A stretch of DNA of 62,955 bases, the filler included, from Syncephalis fuscata S228 (lineage: Eukaryota > Fungi > Zoopagomycota), in assembly GCA_025786725.1 (NCBI GenBank). It is 4 parts of 4 records of this genome, joined end to end, with 100 filler letters (N's around TTAATTAATTAA, not from the genome) between each part and the next. Parts side by side here need not be neighbours in the genome. Positions count along the whole stretch, not along the records: positions 52,098 to 62,955 come from JAHLTZ010000289.1; 3 more parts are not named here. One strand, given 5' to 3'. Made by a program: the position numbers and the translations under genes. Shown piece after piece: positions 53,178 to 62,955 of this stretch; the stretch's first letter is position 1, and each line of letters opens with the position of its first letter. A model generated the notes under the pieces. The model searched no databases. It was not told the DNA's origin and was given only the letters and a program-made list of their open reading frames with translations.

Positions 53178-54303
53178 ATGTCTGCTATCCAAGACAAGTC
53201 TACCACTGTAGTGGCCCCCGAACAGTTGCCACCATCGTCCAGCACTGGTGGTCGCAAGAAGAAGAGCAAGAGCGGTGCCGCCAAGCGCAAGAGAAAGCAG
53301 CAGCGTGCCGCTGAAGAAGCCGCTGCTGCTAAGGCCACAGCTCTTGCGGCTACCAACATGTTTGTACACGCTGCCTCTGATGCTTCAGGTAGCGAGACTG
53401 AAGGTGCATCGACGCCCAAACATGAGATTGACACTGAGAAGCGTCAGCTTGCTGAAGCATTGTTGAACGAATCAGCATCTGTTTCGTTGAGCAAGTCTGG
53501 TAGTTCCGGTGGCCAATCCACCGCATCAAACACCGATGTTGCCTCTGAGGATGACAAGGTGGTTGAGAAGGTGAAGAAGGCCGATAAGGCCGAGGAAAAG
53601 ATTGAAGAGGAAGTCAAGGAAACTGAGGCAGAGCCTGAAGTAACCAACACTGAAGGTAGTTAGCATTATTTAATAAGTAATAGCGTATTTAACTAATAAT
53701 AATACTTTTATAGAACCAGCTGCAGTGGAAACGACCGAATCAGCTGATGTTAAGCCAGCTGAAGTTACTCCATTGGAGGAAGTAGTGGCTGCTGAGCCAG
53801 TTGAAGCTGCCTCCAAATCAGTAGAGGCTGAAGCTGTTGTCGTTGCTGATGAGCCCATTACTGAAACAGCTGCTCTTGTTGAAGAAAAGGAGCCAGTCGT
53901 TGAAGCAGCAGGCAAAGATGATGACGCTGCTGTTGTTGCGGAGGAAGCTAAGCCTGTTGAACAAGAGGCTGTAGAGGAGGAGAAGAAAGTAGAGGCAGTT
54001 GTAGTTGAAGATGAAGTTAAGCCAGAAGTAACTGAGGAAGTCAAGGCGGCTGAACCAGTTAAAGAAGAAGTGGAAGAGACACGGGCTGAAGAGCCAACAC
54101 CTGGTGTATCAACACGTAGCGTTGAAAGTGGCGCAGTTCTTGTTACTAAAGTACCAGTATCCAAATCAAGTAACAAGACAGCACCATCATCCAAGACACG
54201 TTCTGTGCAGCCATCGATCGTTTCTGACACAACAGTTGATACGGCAACACCCAAGAAGAAGAAGAGCATTTGGAAGAAGATCAAAAAGATCCTTAAAAAG
54301 TAA
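53178..54303 (+). CDS. Acidic Glu/Ala/Val-rich low-complexity protein with basic termini, one intron (53656-53713)
   Basis: Two ORFs joined by a GT-AG intron; C-terminal amphipathic KKKSIWKKIKKILKK. Confidence 0.8.
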
Positions 54304-55829
54304 AGCAATTAAGGATATGACAGGCATTACAGTGTCTGTCGCCACAGCACCCTTTTGAATTGTGTGTTGACAAGTGTAACGATCATGTTATATTTACACA
54401 CACACACACACACAACGCTACGCAATCCGATCAAGTACATACTCTGATATCTTATTATAGATGACGTGTAATCACCGACAACGAATGCGTATTTGTGTAT
54501 CGCCGTTTCTGCGTGTATAATTGGTGTTGTTTTTGTTTTCTTCGTTTTTAGTGCGCTGATTTACCTTATGCTTCGTTTCGTATTATTTCATCGAGATGTG
54601 CCTCTTTCTATTTTCATTCTTCCTATGCACACCGACAACAACATGCATGCTGCACACATTATATATATATTTTATATAACCATTTATAATTTGTTGGCGC
54701 CTTTTTGTGACATTTCTGCAACTCATTTGATATTCAGCTACAATCTATCAACACGAGTTGACCATTGAACCTATTCAATTAACCAACCAACCACTATTAG
54801 TACTAACCACAGCTATATTATGATACTTGGGAATGATGCTACAATATTAATCGTTTTTATTAACTATTAGCAAACAGTTTGTTTTTTTCTGTTATTCCAC
54901 TAATATCATACAATCATAAATAAATCTATCATTGAAAAATACTAATACTAGTAATACTAGGGAGCTATTTTACTTTGAATTCCTGTCCTTCAGTTTAAGG
55001 ATAAAAATATCCATAATTTGAATAGTAAACCGTCGATCAGTTTTACTACTGAGAAGTGCTATTTGTTGAAGCAATGCCACATCAACTTTGATTGAATCAA
55101 TCAATATTCGATATTAGTGTTAATAAATATTATAGTATTTCATGTCACTTACAATAAAATATAATAGATAGATAAATGTTAATCCATGTTATTATTGCTG
55201 TAAAGTATTGAAAGCATTATAATTTAGTGATTTAATATAACTCACCACCCAGTTACATGTTTAGTAGAACAACAAATGTGTAGTTCAATCAAGTAAAGGA
55301 TGTCAGCTTTGATCTTTTGACACTAAATTACATGAGTCTACTAATAACTTAATACATGGAAGTTATTATACGTTGCCTTTTACATTTTTATTTACTCGTT
55401 TCACTCTTATTTTTCTATTGCTATCTTATTGTTCTATTTAGTGCTATATTATACAATAATACCGAATATAACAATATAAATAGCATACGTATTTGAACAT
55501 CAATAAATAACATGATTCAATCCCTAGACTTTATTTCTTTTACTTTACATCAACACCTGTTCAAGTAACCTCAGCGGCATGCCGTATCTTCTGGCTACAA
55601 CTGCCGCCACAAGATCTTCCTGATAAAGAAACTCAACCTATCATAATTGCATATGATGGAGGCCATTTGCTTCATCAATGGTTGGCAAATAAACTGCGCC
55701 TACCAAGTTGATATTAAGAATGCCTAAGAGAATGGTGAACATCAGAAATGCTAGTCGTCCTACCTTCTTGCGACCATAGACAAGTATCTTACATAGTAAA
55801 TATGCCCAAAATACAACAGTAAAAGATTA

Positions 55830-55967
55830 GAAAATAGAAGAGACCATTCAGATACAAGAACCCACACTGTATGTAGTAACAACAATAACAACTACAGAAT
55901 GACATGAAATCATAATTATATGGCTTTTATTAATACTCAATCAATCTTTCTACGCATAGCCAACAAC
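55830..55967 (+). repeat. ~135-bp direct repeat, copy 1 (copy 2 at 59922-60057)
   Basis: Shared AGATACAAGAACCCACACTGTA(T/C)GTAGTAACAACAATAACAA...ATATGGCTTTTATTAATA...ATAGCCAACAAC. Confidence 0.85.
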
Positions 55968-57703
55968 AATAATAATCAGCCTTATGAATTGCAAAGTAGT
56001 TAAATGAATATTGTAGCTATGTTTGTTGTGAATAACAGCATGACTTCAATTGAAACAAATTTTGCTTTGAAAACTCAAAATATGAGAGTCAAAGTAGAAT
56101 TGGGAAATTTTGAAAAGCTAAAAATTCTTGATAAGAAAAAAAGTTAATTACAATAAATGCAACAAATTCTATTTTAAACTTTGTTTATTTACATAATCTA
56201 ATTAATGTAGCAATATTAACGGCAATGCCAATAGTGTTTTATTTGCCAAAATACTTCCAACAACTTACTTGTGGTAAATGTGGCTAACAAATACAATACA
56301 AAAATATGCTCTGTAAGAATTAGTATTAATAGTATTGAACTGGTAGTTAATGTTAAAACAAATGTTTATATTGAATAAATACAAACTACTAATGAAACAA
56401 CTATCAAAGTAAATAAAGTGTAATGCAAACAAAATAATTTAATTAATAATTTTTTTAAAATATAAAATTGACCAACAGATAAAATTATACTTGTTTGTTT
56501 AAAGCGTTTCAGATATCAGATTTAGCAAGTAAACAATTTCGAATTACATAAAAGTATTACTGTCTTGATTAACTTGAGCTAATTAGTTGATGTATCAAGC
56601 AAAAGTGGAGATATGCAAAATAAAACTGTCAATATGGCATTTATCATTGATAAACTAAAACAATTTACTTGAACATTTATTCTTAAACGCCACAATAGTC
56701 GCTTCAATATTCTAATTTAAAAGAGTCGTGGAACATGGCAAAAGAAGCTTAAGAGGGTGTTGTGGTGGATTACTTAAATTACTTGATTTGTATTAAATCT
56801 TATGGTAATTTTATTAACTAAATAAAGATAACCTTTTTTCATAATATTAAGCACAATATTGGTTGTTTAATGTAATTTAACTGTTAAATAACTATAATAG
56901 CCTCACATTTAAACTAAATATCCGCTTTAGTGAAAATGAAACTGAGTGGTGAGTGTCATTGGTGATAAAATATTTATTTACCATTATTATTGCACTGTAG
57001 ATATCTATCCTGTATACATATACTATATATCCGCGTATATCACTAATATTGTAAATTGTAAAAGCTATATTAACAAAGGCTAAAAGTTTACTGCCAGCTG
57101 GATTCTTTAATAGATTTTGATTTATTTTGCTCATTACTTTTAGTAAATTGCATTAGTATAGTTTTGCTATTACTATTCATGTATTTGTTCTGTCTATTTA
57201 TTTTATTTTATAGTATTCTATGCTTTATTGCCATGTTTTATTAAAAAAGCTTATTTATTCTAATTTCAGCACAATGTTATGTAGCTATATGATAATAATA
57301 GCTTTGCTACTATCCATACCAATATATGTCTATAGCTTAGACAATATAATTATACACATTTTGTTAATTTAACTATTTGATTAATAGTTATTAAGCATTG
57401 AATGCAAATAGAACATGGTTATAAATATAGCAATTCGATTGTATATAGTTAAGATGAAACCATAAGTTTATTACTATAAACTTGCACAGTTGAATAGGGA
57501 CAACTAGATGCAATCTTGCTAATAAAATAATGATCTCATTGATTAAAGACTGGATAAACCGGAGCATTGGCCAAAACTTGATATATAAATAGACTGGACG
57601 GCGTAGTTGTCAAATAGTCTTGCTTTGCACCGAATATATACCTAAAGTGTATTGGAATAGTGGCTTGATTGCACTACCGATGCTGATGTCTTGAAACCAT
57701 CGA

Positions 57704-58678
57704 TTAGTCTGTATTTACAAATAAAAATATTATATGCCATATAATTAGTGTATAAGGCATCAATATTAATATTAAATAATCGGTACAATCAGTAAATGGC
57801 ATAATTAATATATGGTCAGTCGACGTATAATATAACTTACCCCCTATTAATAATAAGTTATTTATATGCATAGTACATGACATAGTTAGTACATAGTTAG
57901 TTAACATACAACACAACTTACAGTCTATTAATATTGTTATTTATACACATAATACATGGTACATAATTAGTGCATAATCAGTTGATATATAATATAACTT
58001 ACCCCCTATTAATAATAAGTTATTTATATGCATAGTACATGACATAGTTAGTACATAGTTAGTTAACATACAACACAACTTACACCCTATTAATATCAAG
58101 TTGTTTATACGCATAATACGTGGTACATAATTAGTGCATAATCAGTTGATATATAATATAACTTACAATCTATTAAGTTATTTATACGCATAATACATGG
58201 TGCATAGTCAGTGCATAATTAGTCAATATATAATACAACTTACATTCTATTAATATTAAATTATTTATACGCATAATACATGGTACATAATTAGTGTATA
58301 ATCAGTCAATATATAATATAACTTACTGCCTATTAATATTAAGTTGTTTATACGCATAATACGTGGTACATAATTAGTACATGATCAGTCAATAATAGTA
58401 TAACTTACAACCTATTAGTATTAAGTTATTTATGCGCGTAATAAACGGTACATAATTAGTGCATAGTCAGTCAATATACAATACAACTTACTCCCTATTA
58501 ATATTAAGTTAGAAATACCGTTAGTAAGCATGATAATATAATATATCTATTGTCATCGAAACATACGACGAACCAAAGTTGATTTAGCATCCACCATAGC
58601 TGGTTTAGCATCTACTATGGTTGTAGCGGCTATCAAAGCCACAAGGACGATGCAAATAACGGCAATGGAAAGCTTCAT
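57704..58678 (-). CDS. Secreted prepro-peptide gene with nine 3-nt micro-exons; predicted 47 aa MKLSIAVICIVLVALIAATTIVDAKPAMVDAKSTLVRR-SCKYWWDWD
   Basis: Exon 1 58678-58567; 3-nt exons at 58494-92, 58411-09, 58329-27, 58246-44, 58169-67, 58086-84, 58005-03, 57924-22, 57843-41; last exon from 57708. Donors GTATGT/GTAAGT, acceptors TAATAG/CAG, CTAA(T/C) branch-like motifs. Confidence 0.8.
57790..58510. repeat. ~81-bp tandem repeat, 9 units, each one intron plus one 3-nt exon
   Basis: Recurring AACTTAC-NNN-CTATTA every 77-83 bp; the 3 nt are the most variable part of the unit. Confidence 0.92.
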
Positions 58679-59921
58679 GGTGATATTGATTTGTTAAGAC
58701 AAACAAATAAAAGAGATAGTAGAGTGTGGTTGGTATAGAGTGGAGAGTAGAGTGTGTATAGCAAGAAGTAGAGTGTAATGATGATATCGCAGTTGGTTGT
58801 GTATATTTTGTGGGCTATTTAAACTTATGGCTATGTAGAGATACTAGTATACTGTAATATATGAGGTATATTTTTGGTGTATAATATGAACCAATAAAGC
58901 AATCCAGGTGATGGTCTGAAATGCGCATGCACCAATAGATTCATGGCGTGACAGCATGCTTTCCAGCTTTGATTTTGACCTGCTCGGCATTTACACAAAT
59001 GACGTAACAATGTTTATAATCCAGTACATATGCGATAGAGATAGATATACTAGCCTGTATTTTTGTCGCATGGTTTAACTATTTGCTAAAAACAAGTACA
59101 TTATTTGGTTTTGTAAAAATTATAATGATGTCTTTGCTGCTGCTTCCACTGAATGACTCGACCCCAATGTCTACATGCATACAAAATAGCACACAACACT
59201 GATGCAAAAACAAGTTTAATATATGAAACTAGTATTTTTTTATATAGCTCTTTACTTCTATACATAAGCTAATTATAATTTTTAAATTATAAAGCGTGTT
59301 GATTGGTACATGTGTGCATTTCATTCGACACTATGCTCATTGTTATGGAATAGCAATTGTTTTGAATTTACAAATGCATCATGCCACCTAGACATATTGT
59401 GCTACATGTCGTGCAACTACTATCATCCAAATGGCGGTTAATTCAAATTATCTGAAATTGACTATACAATAAGTACTATTTGTAGGGTGATGCATCACAG
59501 CATTTTGAGCAATGGAACATTCCAACATGTCATTTTCGTCGTCAGTTTTCAGTTGTAAACTAGATTGCATCGGATAAATTACACGCAATGCAATATGCAG
59601 ACACTAGATTAGACACAGTAAAAAGCTCTAACCAATTACCAACAAGCTTGAGTGCATAATGTTAATGGATTGCATATAAACCGGTAATCATCCAAGGCCT
59701 AACTGCTGCTTATATTTCTGAAACTTAATTCTGGCAAGTCAAGCAAGATGGAATATAGAAGAACAAGCCAAAGCAGAAACCAATGAAAAAAACAATCAGC
59801 AGCTCAAAGGCTTACTGGTTTAACCTATAGCAAATCATTACAGTTATGCTATGCTGAACTGCGTTTATCAAAAGTCGACTGTTGCTGATGCGACCAGAAC
59901 GGTAGCAATGATGGAATATTG

Positions 59922-60057
59922 GAAAATAGAATACCATTTAGATACAAGAACCCACACTGTACGTAGTAACAACAATAACAATTGCGGAATGGCATGTAAT
60001 TACAATCATATGGCTTTTATTAATATTTGATTAATTTTTCTACATATAGCCAACAAC
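59922..60057 (+). repeat. ~135-bp direct repeat, copy 2
   Basis: Matches 55830-55967. Confidence 0.85.
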
Positions 60058-60301
60058 GGCAATGATCAATCTCAAATATTTCAAAGAAATCAAGTAGAAT
60101 GTTACATTGTTTAAATATTTAATATTATTACCGATACAATGTTCAGTTACATTTAATCAATTTTATGGAAATAATAATGGACAATAATATTACATTAGTA
60201 TTTATTGTGAATGATCATTTAAACACAAATTAATTTAATCAATTCGTCAATTATTTAAATCATTATTTCTATTTCATATTGATTGTTTGGCTTGTTTATT
60301 A

Positions 60302-60311
60302 TTGTTGTTGT

Positions 60312-60353
<42 letters not shown>
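60302..60353. repeat. (TTG)/(TTGCTG) microsatellite
   Basis: Read directly, just upstream of the CDK start codon. Confidence 0.9.
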
Positions 60354-60386
60354 AACTATTGTTTATCTATAATCTCTAACGCAACT

Positions 60387-62105
60387 ATGGAGGAAGGCGA
60401 ACTAGACTTAGACGCTAAACTTGCCGCTTCTAAAAACAACGGGCAGCCTAGTCATCGCGAAAATCTTGTACATTCTAGTACAAGCGAGTCAATCGCGTCA
60501 GGAGAACAGCAAACAGCACTAGGCCGGTCTAAATGGGAGTCTGATCACGAGTATAGCGATGACAATGAGAATAATACAACACTTAGAAAGCGAAAGCCGG
60601 CAAAAACCGAACGTAAACGATTAAAACGACGAAAAGAAACTGTAACAATGGCAGAAGAAGAAAAGACGATTGATACAATGGAAGTAACATCTAAAGCACA
60701 CCAAGGACCGCTCAATCAATCATCTGATATGGCGACAGCAGCAATGCATCAGCTATCGGTAAAAGAAGTATGGAAGCCACGACCACAGCCACAGCCACCG
60801 ACCATTCGACGATGTGGATCGGTCGATCGATATGAACGACTGAATCGTATTGATGAAGGCTCTTATGGCGTTGTTTATCGGGCACGTGATCGTGAAACCG
60901 GCGAAATAGTTGCGCTAAAACGACTCAAATGCGAGCATCAAGATCGAGTAGGCTTTCCAGTTACTGATCTACGTGAAATTCATACACTTTTATGGGTCAA
61001 ACATGAGAATATTGTCAATGTACGGGAGATTGTTGTAGGGAGTGGTACACCACCAAAGTAAGTGTAAACAATAACTATAGTAATAATAATAATAATAATA
61101 GCTGGATCATTAATACACTAATGATTAGAGTATTTATTGTGATGGATTTCCTTGAACATGACCTAAAGACGTTAATGACGGGTATGCGCTCGCCATTCAT
61201 GCAGTCGGAGGTAAAAACTCTTATGTTACAGCTATTGTCGGCTGTGAGTACACTGCATCGTAATTGGATTATTCATCGTGATTTAAAAACAAGTAATTTG
61301 TTGATGAATAATCGCGGTCGTGTTAAAGTAGCCGATTTTGGTTTGGCGCGTAAATTTGGTAGTCCACTTAATGCAATGACCATCCCTGTTGTGACACTAT
61401 GGTATCGGTAAGCCGTATGCATAACAGGTGCCTTAATAGCAACGCTAACGTAGTGACGATAAATGACCAATATTAGTGCGCCAGAACTGCTCTTAGGCGC
61501 TAAGGAGTATACGACGGCGGTTGATATGTGGTCAATTGGTTGTATATTCGGAGAAATGCTACTTAATGAACCGATGATACCAGGTCGTGGTGAGATAGAT
61601 CAGTTGAATAAGGTAAAAAAATAGGAATTAAATACATAATGGATATTAATAGATCTACAGATATTTCAATTACTTGGGACACCCAATGAAGAGATTTGGC
61701 CCGGATTAAATCAATTACCAAGTGCCAAAAGTATTAATTTTGTAGAGCAGCCGTAAGTAGTATTGATAACAAAATAAATGGATTAATTAATCGGTATGGA
61801 TAGATATAATATGCTTCGATCCAAATTTAAATACGTTACAGCAAACGGAATAGATTTGCTGGGACAGTTTCTTACTTATGATCCGGAGAAGCGGATTACG
61901 GCAGAGAAAGCATTACAGCATCCGTATTTTAGGTAAGTGTTGGGCTATGATGAATCTTAGATGATTAATGAATACAATGAACAGCGAGAATCCACCGCCA
62001 CAGCACCCGGATCTCTTTCCTAGCTGGCCATCAAAAGCGTCTAAAGAACGAGCCGGTGCTATGGTATCACCTGTACTTATTGTTCCCGAAGCAAATATGG
62101 AATAA
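60387..62105 (+). CDS. CDK11: CDK11/PITSLRE-type cyclin-dependent kinase, multi-exon
   Basis: [84 protein letters not shown]. Confidence 0.9.
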
Positions 62106-62329
62106 AATAGCTTGTTTAATTGTTATACTATTGATAGATCGTAGTTGATACGAATAACTGTATGACTCAAGACACAGCATAAATTAATGTTGTTTTATTA
62201 CAGACTATGATTAAAGAAAGCATTTGTGAAATTGGCATTATTAGCTGTATCGTCACAATTGATTTATTGGATTTAAATGTATATAAAAGCTATATTTACT
62301 GCAACTATGTCCATGTTGAATGTGCGAGT

Positions 62330-62955
62330 TGAATGGTACAAAAATTACCGATCGGCTGCTGAGAGTCATTCAGATTGCATTGAAACCATCTCTGTAAGTT
62401 AAACCTTGAGATAATTGTTTATAATATCGTTAACCATCACGTTAATACGGGGTTGTCCTCGAATATGCTCAAACTTGTTAGAAGACGTAATTGGTTCTGG
62501 TCGTGCATTTTTGTAATTGTATAGCACAATCTCCTTTCCGTTGTTCACGCAGATATCTAGTAATTACATATTTAGTAAATCAGAAATTATTATCTATCGC
62601 TTACTTTCTGCTTTTAAATCGTACAGCCATCCCAAGTTGTATAATTCGTTCATGCCTAGTTTGCAATTAATTATTAAAGTATGATAGCATTGTTTAAATA
62701 CTTACCATCTTGAATTGTTTTCCCAAACTTGCCGATTAGCAATCATTTTCTCTTAGGAAGCCATTAAAAATGGGTTTATATTGCTGAGATTGACGTGGCA
62801 AATGTTTGGAGCTATATAGCAATGCCATCTTTCAACTTGAAAGAAGTTGTGGAGCGAAGAATCAAATCCTTGAGAGATGAAGGCTTTGTTTTCTTGGGTT
62901 AAACTTTGGGAGACTCTGTTTTGGTATATCAATTAATTAGTGGTATTTAATAAAT
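62330..62955 (-). pseudogene. Degenerate protein-kinase-like gene fragment
   Basis: Spliced LYNLGWLYDLKAE^NICVNNGKEIVLYNY resembles kinase subdomains VIb-VII without HRD/DFG; in-frame stop and frameshift upstream. Confidence 0.45.

Noticed and set aside
57790-58510. CRISPR-like repeat/spacer array
   Set aside because: The variable part is only 3 nt, the repeats carry spliceosomal donor, branch and acceptor signals, the context is eukaryotic and no cas genes are present.
58553-58678. Unspliced 41-aa ORF ending ...LVRRMFR*
   Set aside because: The tail reads through a canonical GTATGT donor followed by a branch site and acceptor; the paralog has a donor at the equivalent position.
60279-60386. 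Poly-Cys N-terminal extension of the CDK ORF
   Set aside because: Translation of a microsatellite from a non-ATG start; the plausible start is the ATG at 60387.

Overview
Eukaryotic, intron-rich, AT-rich fungal DNA; gene content and expanded families suggest an early-diverging fungus such as a Zoopagomycota mycoparasite (inference). Four contigs are joined by artificial N-TTAATTAATTAA-N linkers, so adjacency across the gaps is not established. Compact blocks of conserved genes (HYPK-like, PPIL4, NUF2, KDM3-type JmjC, PP1-regulator LRR, HIU hydrolase, ZNF830, BYE1/PHF3, MRM2, LAMTOR3, CDK11) alternate with accessory regions holding pseudogenes, repeats and effector-like genes. Main finding: a minus-strand secreted-peptide gene at 57704-58678 whose predicted mature peptide is built from nine consecutive 3-nt micro-exons, each carried by one unit of an ~81-bp tandem repeat made of an intron plus the micro-exon. 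The predicted product is signal peptide + propeptide + RR + SCKYWWDWD. A diverged paralog with four 3-nt micro-exons lies at 29765-30246. Also present: a decayed intron-containing Fanzor1 (TnpB-like) gene, partly duplicated as a 700-bp inverted repeat flanking a degenerate subtilisin gene, and a 1.4-kb 22-bp satellite with a head-to-head inversion point. All calls come from manual reading; no searches were run.
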